From: Lytechinus pictus
Lineage: Eukaryota
Direction of reading: 5' to 3'
DNA length: 64,000 nt
NCBI RefSeq assembly: GCF_037042905.1
Contig: NC_087261.1
Location: forward strand, 1,798,001-1,862,000
The notes beneath the pieces are model-generated. The model was not told the DNA's origin. It did no database searches and saw only the letters and a list, made by a program, of their open reading frames with translations. Below, piece by piece: positions 22,220-34,678 of this stretch; position 1 is the first letter of the stretch; every line of letters begins with the position of its first letter. A program made the translations under genes and the position numbers.

Positions 22220-23480
22220 TTGAGAAGATAGAAACATAGAGGGTGTAAGAGGAGATACATTGAAATATAATCAGAAAGAAGAAGAGGGAGGGGGGCCAGG
22301 GAAGGTTATGATGGAAGAAGTAATAAAGAGTGATGCTAAGAGGGGTAAGCTTGGTAATAGAAGGAGAAATAAAGTTCAAGACCGGGAAGTAAGAGAGAGA
22401 AAAGATGAAGACAAAGGAACAAGGTAGTGTGTAAGGAGAAGAGAGAGGTATGAGAGATGAAAACAGAGACAAGAAATGGATGTAAGAGAAGAAGAGATTG
22501 AGGGATGAACAGAGAGGGTATAAGAAGTGAAGAGATAGAGAGGTGTGGGAGAAAAAGAACTAGAGGGGTGTGATAGAAGAAGAGATTGTGAGAGGGGTGT
22601 AAGGGATGGATTAGAGGTAGAGACAGGAGTGGATGTAAGAGAGAGGGGTGTATAGGCGACCGCACACCTTACGTTTGGTCTGCGACCCGATTTTGGAATA
22701 AAACCTAGTAGAATTTGATGCTAATATTGAGAATGTTCGAAATCATCCTGCGAATACCTATTTTCAAATCTGTGACTACGCTATCATCCTTCTTAGAATA
22801 AAAGCAAATTTAATATCTAGTCGTAATGACGTCATAGCAGTCGTACGATTTTGCATTTACTAAAAAATAAAGGCTTGCAATCTTTCAAAATGGTTATATT
22901 AGTATTCTTTCAATTAATTTTAACCTCTAATAAAATGATATGTTCCATTCACATTTTCAGAAAATGTGCAAAATGCGATTTGTTCCAAAATCGGATCGCG
23001 AACAGTCGTAAGGTGTGCGGTGGCCTTATGAGATAATATTGAGAAAGAGAGGTGTATGAGATGAGATTGAGAAAGAGATTGATAGATAGAGGGGCGTGAG
23101 AGAAAATAAAGATAGGGCGAGGGATGTAAGTATGTAATACTAATAGGAGAGATGGGTTGAAGGCAGGGGTGTCGGAGAGAGGAGAGTGAAAAGAGAGATA
23201 CGGGGGGAGGTGACGGGAGAAGTAAAGATGGAGAGGGGGTGTGAGATGGATGGAGAGACAGAGATGACGTACGAGAAGTAAATACGAAAAAGAGGGATGC
23301 ACGCGGGAAGAACAGGTGAAGATGGAAAAGCGTATAAAAAAGGGAGTGCTGTGCGTGAGGAACGGAGAGGGTAAGGTTTTTAAAAAGCAGATGATTTTTA
23401 TCAAAAGAAATGGAAAGTGAGACAGAGAGCGATGTTAAGAAAGAACATATAAAAAAGTAAAAATGGAGAAAGAGACAACT
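22220..23480. repeat. GA-rich low-complexity region
   Basis: Purine-rich degenerate repeats such as gagaggggtgtaag. Confidence 0.75.
22654..23026. mobile_element. PIF/Harbinger-like MITE, inverted copy of 6875-7289, TSD TAT
   Basis: TAT|aggcgaccgcacacc...ggtggcct|TAT. Confidence 0.87.
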
Positions 23481-24439
23481 ATAGATCAGCCTATGCGGGG
23501 GTTCATATAGTGGAGCAATAAACGAAAGAAAATATTCATAAAAAAATGAAATAAATCGGTAGCGTCTGGATTAAAACAAACTCCTAACCTTGGCTTTGAA
23601 TTTCCATGGCATGTTTCGGAGATGTCCAAATTATCATTTGCTGTGTGCGTGTATTGTTGTTTATTATTTCTGGATACACTATATAGAATCAATAATGCAT
23701 ATATTTCTTTGTTTTACCGCAACCCGTTCGGTTTACCAAAAAGCGATGTTAATGTCAATGAAACATTTCACTTCGAACAAAGCAAACACCAGGATGCCTA
23801 TCAAAGTTGGGATTCATTACATAACAAGTGTGCGCTTAAACAAAACCCACCTGGACTCCCAAGTACCGTTTAACTTTACATGTGGGCACCCGGCGGATTA
23901 ATTAATCATACATTACAATTCAAAAATAAAGAAACAAGATTGTATCAAATTGTACGATATGTTTTTAGCTTGATTGCCTGTGAAAAACAACTTTCAGAAC
24001 AACACTTGAAAGGATCACCAAGCAGGATTTGCCACATCTCTTGTTGGTGTTGATAACGATGTGAGCGGTGAGTTACACTCCGTGCAAGGACACCCTATCC
24101 GGGTCATATCTCACTCTGGATGATAAAGGTAAATATGGTAATGTTACAGTTAGACCACACGGTGGTCAGCGAGTTACATCATTGTTTTGGGGACGAAAAT
24201 GAAAATATACAAAGAAAAGATCATACCCGGACTTAGATTTTGTTTATTTTTAGAAGATGACGAAACTGTGAAGTGGACATTTGTTAATAAATGAAAACAA
24301 GAGTTTGGGTCATCGCTTGAAGTGATCGAAGGATAGAGGGGAAAACAAGATCGTGGATATGTGATCATGGGGGATTTGACCCCTGGTTGAACCGCGACTA
24401 GTGAAACTCCCCTAAGCACTTTTATGTCCACTAACAACT

Positions 24440-25145
24440 GTATACCATCACCACTGGCTACTATCAACAACAACATCACACTCACAACTTTATCATGACA
24501 ATACTAAGCATCAGTGCACCATTACTACTACCATATACCAGATTACAACCATCATCACCACCACCATCATTACCATCACCACAACCAACACCATCACAAT
24601 CATCATCACAAACATAACCATCACACCATTGTATCCTTTACCACTACCATACATCACAATGCCCATTGGCGGCGGAAGCCAAAAAAATTTAGGGGGGGTC
24701 CACCTGAAATTTTGGGATGGACACAGGTAAAAATTTGACAAGCAAAAAAAAAAAAAAAAAGTTATCGACCTAAATTTTAGGGGGGGAACAAACAAAATTT
24801 TTGAAAACGAAAAAAAAAAAAAAGGTTTTCAACCAAAATTTTAGGGGGGACCACAAACATTTTAGGGGGGACGCAGGAAACAAAATTGACAAGCAAAAAA
24901 AAAAAGTTATCAACCAAAATTTTAGGGGGGGACAGGTCCCTCCCGTCCAACCCCCCCCCCCCCCCCCGCTTCCGCCGTCCATGCCATCACCACCATTTTA
25001 CCACGACCATCAATACCATCATTACTGCCACTACCATCACCACCATCATTACTATCATCACTATCATTAGCTGCCCCAAGACCATCATCATCACTACCAT
25101 TACCATTACAACAATAAACACCATAATCAATCATCTTCATCATTG
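24440..25145. repeat. (CAT/CAC)n degenerate microsatellite containing a TIR element at 24664-24983
   Basis: Triplet repeats; inner TIRs cattggcggcggaagc / gcttccgccgtccatg with internal aaaattttaggggggg repeats. Confidence 0.75.
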
Positions 25146-25269
25146 AAACAATTTTTCATTATCATCTCAAGCAAGAATCAATTTTCTGACATCTCGTATA
25201 CTCGTGAGAAATTTTCAAAACACAATGCAAACACACACAAAAAATATTTCATGCATATTTTTTCACATT

Positions 25270-25275
25270 TTTATT
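25270..25275 (-). promoter_or_regulatory. Candidate poly(A) signal of the TIR-SAM gene (~2.5 kb 3' UTR)
   Basis: AATAAA on - followed by a U/GU-rich tract (+ strand gcaaacacacacaaaaaa at 25227-25244). Confidence 0.4.
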
Positions 25276-27793
25276 CAAGTTATTTCACTGCTTAACAGCA
25301 CAGTCCAATTGGCAAAATATGTCAAACATAGAAGCATCCATGAGAATTTACTATTTTCTGCTTTATATGTTTACAAAAAATGATTGATGAAGCAATATAT
25401 ACAAAATCATCAAAGTTGCATAACCTATTTACAATATTGTTGGAAAGGCAATATAATGGACGGAATTTTAAAAATATGATGACTAACAGGATATCAAAAA
25501 ATTATGAATACTCTCATGTTAATCAAATTCGCCTGATGTCCTCTTTGGGGACAGTAAAATGGACGGAATGAATGGAATACATGTATAATGGTATTGATGA
25601 TTTCAGAGGTTTTAATGAACCTTTTTTGTGTACACCTTGGTGATTGTAAATGATTTTAAAGTTGTGGAATAAATTCAATTCAATTCAATTCAATTCAATG
25701 CAAATCAATTCAATACCAATTCAATTAAACTTAGGAATAATATCCTCATACATGTACATGTATCTGACTTTTAACATAATGATGTACATTTTTCCTACAT
25801 TAATACTTTCCATACAGTGTATATATACTTTTGAAGCACATCTAATATAAATTGTGACAGCATAAGACATATATGGTTAACTGGATTTAGATGAGGATTG
25901 ACGATGTACAGTGTACATAAAATATATAGCACAAGGCTTTTTACATGTAAATTCAAACTTGAATTTTACAAATTTCAGTCCCCATTTCATAGGCCTGTTC
26001 TAAACATTATACATATATACATCATCGTTTTCGATCCAAATTCATTCTGTTCTGCTATCAATGAACCTATATCAATTCTAAACTCATCACTGAATGATGT
26101 ACTGTATGAAGATTGACAATAAATTTAAAACAAATTTGCGATATATTCTGAAATATCATTTGCATATCAAAACAGTTGTGTTGCATAGTTAACATTTAGC
26201 TGCCCATGACATTATCATTATTCACAAATACAAAATAGCACAAACTGCAAATAAAACATGCACATGTATTATCTACCTAACATGTTAACGACATAGACCA
26301 GTTAATAAAATAAAGCTTGCAGTTTTACTTAAAAAACACAAATATTAAACTGTTAATTCCTTTTTTGTTAATTAAAATGATAAATCTTAAGCACAATTAG
26401 TATTGTTATTGATAAATTTGTTAATAGTATGAAATTTATGCCCAAACAAGTTATATCTTAAATTCTGATATATCTTCACTGTAATAATAAAAAAAAGATA
26501 TTCATATAATTATGATGTACATGTAAATGAAACAAAGGAGAACCTAAATATATATAGCTCTTCAATAGTCATTTATCAATACTCATGTTTACATGTACAT
26601 GTACATTATTTAATAAACTAATACACTGATAACACAGTAGGCCTAATCTAAATACATTCCGATGTATATGAAATACATTTTCTGTTATTACTTATTTAGT
26701 CTTTTCTCATTATCCAGCAAAAATGAGGAGTGATCTGTCATTTCACCTCTGAAAATACTTATTATAAAAAAAAAACAGCTTGAATTTGCAGTGCATATGG
26801 CAACTCACACAAAGAAGTCTTTAAATTTCTTGCCAGTTTAGACGGTCCATAGTCCATACCATATTTTTTTATTAATCACACATAAAAAACAAAAACAAAT
26901 AAAAACAATACTCAGTTGAAAACTTTCTCAACAGTCCTGCTCCTAATATATGTATATGCATATTTGTATGCCCTAACTATCAGGTACAATGTACAGCACA
27001 CTTTAATTTAAAACAAAGCACAACCCACTTAATTGCACAATTATCAACACATTCACTGAAATGATTCTCTTTTAATTGCATAAAACCAGATATTCTTTTA
27101 TGTATTCTGTGCACAAAAGTGTATCAAACAAACAAGTACAAAATCACCATTATATGAACTGTGTGCTTTACAATTATGACCAAAAATTGACAATGAGCTT
27201 ATATTTGTAATTTACATGTAATTGATTCAAACTAAAGTTTGCTTAGATAAAAAAAAGTTTTACATTATCCAATTCTTTATAAACAAGAATTCAGATAAAA
27301 TTGCATCACCTGCTGCTGCTGTGTAAAATCAATTGCCCTACCTCACAGCACATATAAAAAGTTATATCCTGACTCCTGAAATAATATGAAGTTAATGTCA
27401 CTGTACAAGTTCTACAGTGATCAGCTATTTCCAAAACACCAAACTTTATGCATTCTAAAAATTGAATCATTTGTTGAAGCATAAACCTCAAATCCATGCA
27501 CTTGTTCATAAAATTATTTAATTCCATAAACTCTAGACATAAAAAAGCTCTGTGGTGATTCTAAATTAAGTAGAAACTGATCAGAACTTTTTTTAAACTT
27601 GATTGTCCAAGCAATAAGCGATTATCTCGTGAACATTTCATGAATGGAATCCTATCCAAAAAGAAAAGTTGTTTTTTAAAGAATGGAAAATCAGAGAAAT
27701 AGATAGATGAAGTGTGAACAAAATTTTAAAAAAGGAGAGTTATGAACAAAGGTTGGTTTCCCCTTTAACAAGTCATGTAGTGTAATATATTTC

Positions 27794-28341
27794 TTACATT
27801 CTAAGATTTTGCAAGTGTTTTCTTACCCTTTCAAGTAAGAGATGAAAATTCTGCTTGTAGAGTTTCTCATTGCTGAAGTCCACTGGGCTCGTTCGGGCAA
27901 GAATCTTCTTCACTGCCGACATCCCACAATCAGGCGGCCATGGAACAAACCGTAGCATGACCGGAATGATCAGACGACGCAACGAGTCAGCCAGAATCAG
28001 ATCCTTCACGCAGTTATCCGACTGGAGGTACCGCGACGTGACGCAGGAGACGATGATCGCGGACGATCGCATGTTGCGGTGGATGTGGTCTTGCGCCGTC
28101 TCGTGGGCGGAGGCGGGGATCTGGGAACCAGAGGATTGCTGGCCGGACCCAACGGTGCGGTGGCTGCCCCCACTAGAGCCCCGAGTGTCTTGGGACATTG
28201 TCGGGATGGACTCCGCCCAGCAAGGGATGCCGTTGCTTTCTAAAAGTCTTTTAATGTCCTGAACCTTATTATGAGCATCCCATTGATATGATATGAACAC
28301 CCTTGGTTCAACTATGTTACTATTCCCACTCCAAGAAGCAT
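27794..28341 (-). CDS. Coding exon 4: TIR3 and stop
   Basis: catcag acceptor, ORF 27794-28390, VFISYQWD...SDNCVKDL...IIPV. Confidence 0.9.
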
Positions 28342-31300
28342 CTGATGTGGAAAAATAATAGATAAAAGAAAAATTGTTTACAATAAACATCCCTAATTAA
28401 AATCAATACGCATTTAACTCCCTAGAAAAGGGCTGAAAAGGACTACACATGATGCTATTGGCCTATATACACATGTCCTCTTCCTCTCTACCGATCCTTT
28501 ATTAATTTTTCAATCTCTCTTTTATTTCTTTCTTGTATGTACAGTGTATGATGATTAATACTGTTTCTTTATCAAAGGGTACTGGCTAAGTTTACTAGTT
28601 CTAGTGGCTACATGTAGTTCTAAATTCATATTTGTATCTGACCAAACCACAAACAGGTTAATTAGGTATCTTTAAACATTAGAAATGCCATGACTGATTC
28701 ATCACTGTTGCTAGTACATGTACATACTGAACAGTAGCACTTCAAACTACACCTTCTAATCAAGATAACAAGAGAACAATGCAATCAATTACAATATCTT
28801 ATAACAACTATTCAATAAATCAAAACAGTTTATCATATGTGAATACAAACACTTGAGTGATAACAAATATTTGTGACATTCATCAATACATCATTTGTTT
28901 TAACCTACAAAATGAGTTTTCCAGTCTCATTGCTTGGACTTTGGTGCACATCGTTTCATTGTAAAATGATAATCATGTTGATATTCACACCTAAATAACT
29001 GCTTATCAACAGCAGATGACGTTTGTTTAATAATGTTCTTGTAAGATTAAAAATAATTTGTACTATGAATGAAGACAACATGGATAAGAATGTAAATGAG
29101 AATGAGAGTCGTGCAAGTATTTTCATGGTATTTTTAACAGGGTTGAACTTAAATTTGGAAATTGGATATCGTTGCTGGGATGTTAAATCCTTGTATCTCA
29201 AAATAATAAAAGTTTGATGACAGCTCAGAATACATTGTATTTTAGAAATGTGGCAATCTCTTATTGTCAGAAAACAGTCTCTAAATAATCCTGTCATGAA
29301 ATTTTCTAGGCAAAAAAAAAGCTGTAATTTACAATTTTAATGGTGGCAACTTAATTAATATATTTTGTCTGATAATGCCTACAGAGAATATTTCTTGGGA
29401 AACATAGTTCCTTCTCATGTCAAAGGTGTCTAAAATCTAGCTTTCTCTGAGCTTTCCTAATATTTTGCTATTTTGGTAATTGACATACAAGGTATTAAAA
29501 CCCATTAAGTAGTAGGTTTCACGGTACACCAGGTATCTTTCTTGGAAAAATGTTGGTCCTTAAAGGATAATGAAACCCTTGAAACCAGCTGAATCCATAT
29601 CAAAGAGAAAAATCAAAGAAACATATTGTTGAAAGTTTGAGGAAGATTGAATGAATAATAAGAAAGTTATGAGCATTTGAATATTGAGATCACTAATGCC
29701 ATGTAGTTCCTCCTATTGGCAATGCGACCAAGATCTGTGATGTCACACACGTACAACTCCCTCATTACTTTAGTACTTATTTCACTTATATATCTCACTT
29801 TTATAGAGTCTATCACAAGGTAAAGTGTTCTCTTTATGAGAGGACAAGTACAGAGGTTTCACAACATTATATCATTGATGAATCGTTTGTCATATGATTA
29901 GAATGAGCAAAAAGAGATGTTTTGGGGTATATTTTCAGTGTCCAAAAGGGGAGAGTTGTTCATCTGTGACATCATAGATCTTGGTCGCATTGCCAATGGG
30001 AGGATCTCCATAGCATTAGTGATCTCGACATTCAAATGCTCATAACTCTTCTATTGCTAGTCCTATTTTACTCAAACTTTTGTTGATCTTATTCTTTGAT
30101 TTTTCTGCTTTCACAAAAGCTAACTTGCTCCAAGAGTTTCATTCTTCTTTAAAAGGACGAACATTTGCCCAAGAAAGATACATGATGTACCGTGAAACCT
30201 ACTACACTATTCTTGTTCTCCATGGAAACCTTCAGAAGTTAAAACCCCATATCAAGGAACAGGTTACTACAGATCACCTGCTCATACGGACCACTTTGTT
30301 TCCCTGGGATAGTCTTTATATACAAGTATGACTTGTAACTTACGAGATGTTGTCCCAAGGACTTGGAGAGGTTTCAGTCCATCCATCATACGGTTAAGAT
30401 AACTCTGTTCCAGGACCACACCTGGTACTCTCTTCAATGGCTTAATCTGATGTTCCAGGACATCCATAGCCTCAGTATACATCTTAGTCTCAAAGTCTAT
30501 AGCACTGCATTCTCCTGTAAAGTGAATGGTAAAGTCATCCATTAGGAATCAAGAGAACGCCCAAGATAATTCTGTTTTCCAGGGGGGGGGGAAATAAGAT
30601 GGGGGCTTGGGTGAATTTGCCCCTGAAACACCCTACAGACTACAGAGCTCTGGAAAACTAATAAAGAACCCTTGAAATCCCAGAGGTTTTAATAGAAACT
30701 TTAATACAATGCAACAAATCGGGCTGGTGAGAGAAAAAAGTAGCCACAGAAGAAAAAGTACTGATTTTTTTCCCCTGCAGTTTTCTTACTCTGACCTGGA
30801 TAAAGTTGGGTAGGCCTGGGAGGAAGTAAGTACTGCAGCTAATTTGTCAACCTTTTCTAAGCCAAAGCAGCCTCTCCAATTCTCGTCAAGGTGTTATATC
30901 CTTTATCTGTAATTGTTTTTTTTCTCTCTCTTCGATTCTTTTTTTAATGAATGCATATAACCATTTTCATTCTGTGTTTTGAATGCCAAATAAAATCAAT
31001 AACAATAATGATATACATACTGTACAAAAAATATCATGATGGAGCACTTACTGCAATTATAATTACACAAAAGGAACGAATGGAATACTACCAACCAAAT
31101 TCATGATTTTCATATTTCCATATGAATAAACAGAGTTCTTCTTTCAGGTATGAAATATTCAACAAATATTGTCATCCTGTATTATGTATGGTTTATTTAT
31201 AAATTTACATTTTAGTGTGCATGGTCATGGCAAGTCCCCCCACCCCCTCCAATCAAAGTGTCAGAAGATAACAATGTCAAGTATCAATTGGGCATTCCAT

Positions 31301-34300
31301 AGGTTGGTGGACATGAGTGTCTTTGTACATATAGCCCATCTGAACCGTAACGTGAGTAACCACTTTATCTGCACCCCTAGTAAAAACCATGTGTTCTTTA
31401 TTTTTTGAATTATATACAAATTTGTCTCCCTAATATACTTCTTTGAAATGGATATAATCAACTTTCATAAAAGCCTTGCATGAGGACACTTTTCACTTAT
31501 GTCCACTTTTCATTTTATGCATGTCCAAATCATGTAACATGAGTAACCGTCACATTTCAAAGATTTGCCAGGAGCATAATGAAATTTCCCAAGTTTTGTT
31601 TTTATACAAAGGATAATCAGACTTCGTACTATGTTGTGATAAAGAGATGTTTAGTTCCTTTCAATAATAATGGAGTTACAGCTCCAAGTATGAGTCAAGG
31701 TGTCTCCAAATGTAACGTGGGTAACCGTGGAATAGCCCAATTGCTGTTCATGCCTGCAACAGCCCTTATGACCAGCCACCCCAAAACCATCAAGATGCCA
31801 CCCAAAATGGTTTGAGTTTCATTGGACCGTATTCTGAACTCGGGTTTAAATCAAACCCTGGTTTAAAGTTGTGGTTTAACTATGGAGAGCCGATTGGGGC
31901 ACAAATCCCTAACAGTACACATTCAATTTAAACTCATATGACGTCCAAATTGTCAGGGAATGACAACTGAGGTATTTTAAAGTATTTTTCATCATTATGA
32001 AAGCAAAAGGAAACAAAATAGTGAACATAAGAAATATACAATATAAACAGAATGTTAGAATTTTTGGCTCCCCATAACTTTAGCACAGACTTAGACCATG
32101 GTCTAACTTAAAGCTGACTTCAGAATACGGGCCAATTGAGTTTAAAAGAGCATATCCTGAGCTGTACGATATCCTAAGCTTCTAATGATGTAAAACTTGT
32201 CAAAATTCCATCAACAATAAGCCACACACTTATTTGATTGAATGCAGAAGAATCAAAGCGAGACCTTCAAAAATAAAAAATAAAACATTTGAAGCCACTC
32301 CAGCATCCACATTGTGCAATCTCAGTGAAACTTCCAAGATGTCCAAAAAATGGTGTCAAAGAAACTCTTGTATCTTGCTTTCTATTCATCTTAAAATCTT
32401 GAAATTTTGACAGTACAGAGAAGAAGAACTACTCTTTCAGCTCATCTGTTTCAGTTTTTGCTTTATGAAGGCCAAGTTTACTATTTTGGCTATTTACAGA
32501 AAACCTTCCCTGGCGCCCATTGCAGAAAGAGTTGCAATCAATCGCAACTCTAAAAATCACGTGCAACTTGATTTTCAACCAATCAACAGCGCGCATTTGG
32601 GACTTGCGATTAATTTTTTTTACTTGCATTTAAACGCAACTCTTTCTACAACGGACCCCAGGCGACTTATTGTTTGTTTTGGGGTGGATGGTGACAGTTA
32701 ATATTCAAAGAAATGTTAACAAACCTAAGACTGCTTTGAGCGAAGGTCTGAGTTTCTCCCAGGAGTTCTTGAACATGGCCGTCACCAGGTTTTTACCGAG
32801 CCAGTCAGCAAAGAGGACTTCATGGAAGACAAACGGCGAGACACTGGAAGCATCCGTCATGATTACTAAGAGGTGTTTGGCTGCGGCTAGGCTGGGGCCA
32901 TTGATCTGGAGGAACTCGTCTCGTGAGCTTCCCAACTTCTCATGGCTCGTTACCTAAATTGGCATCGAGACAAAAGATTTTGCTGCTGTGACACGGGTTC
33001 ATTAGAAGAGCAAATTCACCACTACACAGTACACATAAATCCAATAGAGCTGAAATGTCCCTGACATGCAAAGATTTAAACTATCAGAGAATATATCATA
33101 AGATGATAAAGTGGATCCTATTCAAATGATTAGATGCCCAGGCACCTCACCAGGAATTTATTCAGAATAACACGTAAATTTCATTCATGACTAGTGATAA
33201 ACAGTCATTAAGCATTATGAGCAGTTATGGTTTTGATACGAGGATTATCTTTCAAATAACAAGGATCCATACTTCCATATAAGATCAATATAACAAACAT
33301 AATTTTACTAGGAATATGGCAAACCACATTATTGTCTGTATTTAAGTTGTTAATACAAATTTCAAGGGGGAAAAGTAAATTTTATCACAATATCAAAAAT
33401 ATTGTATGATTGGAAAAAAAATGATTTAAAATCAATCTATAGGGAAAACATAAGTAATTTCAGTTTGTTTAGCCTTTTGGTTTTTAGTACATTTTGGCAC
33501 TTCATCCATGTATACCAGCCATTTGTAAGTTGATTACTCTAAATTAAAGACTTCCAACCTCTTCCCTTAGGTTACCTTATCTTTTGACTTACTGTTAGGC
33601 CTTTTCTCTTGAGATCCTGCTTCAGATTATGGGCCAGCTTGACATCAGCTGGGTCATAGATGATATAGATGGTGTCTGTTTTGGGGCGTTGCGTCCGAGC
33701 CCTCAGGTGCCAGTTATCTGCCAGCTTGTGTTCCTTCTCCAGGATGGCCACTATGTGCTGTAGGATCTTCCTGCGAACCACCCTGCTATCCACCCCGAGT
33801 CGTTCCTGCATATCTTGATCCATGAGGGACATGAGCAGGAAACCGTCAATGTCCATCTCCGCAAAACTCTGACAGTAGAACTCCTTGATTCCGAGATCAT
33901 GGAGCCAGCTTTGGAGGTCATTCCTGCTCCACCGACAAAGCTTCTTGTCTTTGTATTCCTTGGTGAACTCTTCAGTGTTTATCACAGGAGCATAAGGAGC
34001 GTTGATGCTGATGTACGGCTCCAACTTGAGCATGAGAGAACCTATAACTCTTGATGCTCTTTCGGCGATACTGGTATTATTGTGATTCGATATGTTAACG
34101 AGATCACGCAACAAGGAATTGTATTGCTTCGGAATTTCCACACTCTCACAGAGTACTGCAAACACCTTAGGGGAATTGCTTGAGTTCTGCCTCTCCAGCA
34201 AGCAACGTAATTCATAGATAGACACCGGGCACTGAAAATAACATTCTGTTAAGAAACACACAGCAGCCCTGCACTTTTCAACAGCTTCCATGCGATGTGC

Positions 34301-34678
34301 GAACCAAGCCGGACTGTCCGTGTTGTGTTCATCCTTATCAAACCAAATATCCTCTTCAAGGTTATTTTCCTTGAATTGTCTTACAGCAGTGCACACAAAC
34401 AAGCGTTCTAGGAATCCTCCATCGGGCGAGTATGAGATGAAAATGCCCTTCTTGACTTTCTTGACTGAATTCTTTTGCTCTCCTTTACTCTTCTTTGGAC
34501 TCTTTTTGGCAACTTTATTTTCAACTGGGGCTCCATGATCACCACCGCTGTGAACATTAGATTGGTCCATCGTGACGTCTTTGCTTCCTGATCCGGTACA
34601 CTCCTCACCTTCAGCGCACCCTTCCTTGTTGGAAACAGGGGTATCGTCCACTTCCATTTTTTTCTCTTCTCCACTCAT
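27794..34678 (-). CDS. TIR-SAM-TIR-TIR domain protein, 677 aa; join complement(34678-33593,32953-32725,30514-30344,28341-27794)
   Basis: First in-frame ATG at 34678 after an in-frame TAA (34712-34714); canonical GT-AG sites with phases 0,1,1 reconcile. TIR box-1-like starts GIFISYS, TIYIIYD, RVFISYQW. SAM signature WSRNDLQSWLHDLGI...FAEMDIDGFLLMSL...LGV. Confidence 0.88.
29509..30241. mobile_element. Inverted pair of Penelope-type LTR fragments split by the TTAA element
   Basis: 29509-29559 and 30153-30241 are inverted copies of parts of 46610-46706. Confidence 0.7.
29564..30148. mobile_element. Kolobok-like TTAA element, copy of 4340-4923
   Basis: TTAA TSD at 29560-29563 and 30149-30152; near-identical to the VWA8-intron copy. 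Confidence 0.88.
30344..30514 (-). CDS. Coding exon 3: end of TIR2 and linker (ECSAIDFETKMY...)
   Basis: tttacag acceptor, C|gtaagt donor, ORF 30282-30542. Confidence 0.85.
31822..32135. mobile_element. MITE
   Basis: ttggaccgtattctgaa / ttcagaatacgggccaa TIRs. Confidence 0.7.
32509..32662. mobile_element. MITE
   Basis: cctggcgcccattgcagaaagagttgc / gcaactctttctacaacggaccccagg. Confidence 0.7.
32725..32953 (-). CDS. Coding exon 2: core of TIR2 (...SPFVFHEVLFADWLGKNLV...)
   Basis: aatttag acceptor, G|gtttgt donor, ORF 32705-32935. Confidence 0.87.
33593..34678 (-). CDS. Coding exon 1: low-complexity N-terminus, TIR1, SAM, start of TIR2
   Basis: ORF 33572-34711; donor ACA|gtaagt; acceptor ttttag| with exon start at 34776 (5' UTR part). 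Confidence 0.9.

Noticed and set aside
23622-23901. Possible small gene between the two 3' ends
   Set aside because: No recognisable domain and no convincing splice sites.
22146-25146. ORFs of 70-150 aa (Leu/Ser/His/Ile-rich)
   Set aside because: They are translations of GA-rich and (CAT)n simple repeats and MITEs.
25300-27790. Pumilio-like UGUAHAUA motifs in the putative 3' UTR
   Set aside because: Expected by chance in such AT-rich sequence; enrichment cannot be shown by eye.
19013-27794. Functional coupling between VWA8 and the TIR-SAM gene
   Set aside because: Only convergent adjacency is seen; there is no evidence of overlap or shared regulation, and synteny data would be needed.
27794-34678. 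Bacterial contamination or recent HGT of the TIR gene; or naming it SARM1/MyD88
   Set aside because: It has canonical spliceosomal introns containing host transposons. It lacks ARM and death domains and the domain order differs from SARM1, so no symbol is given.
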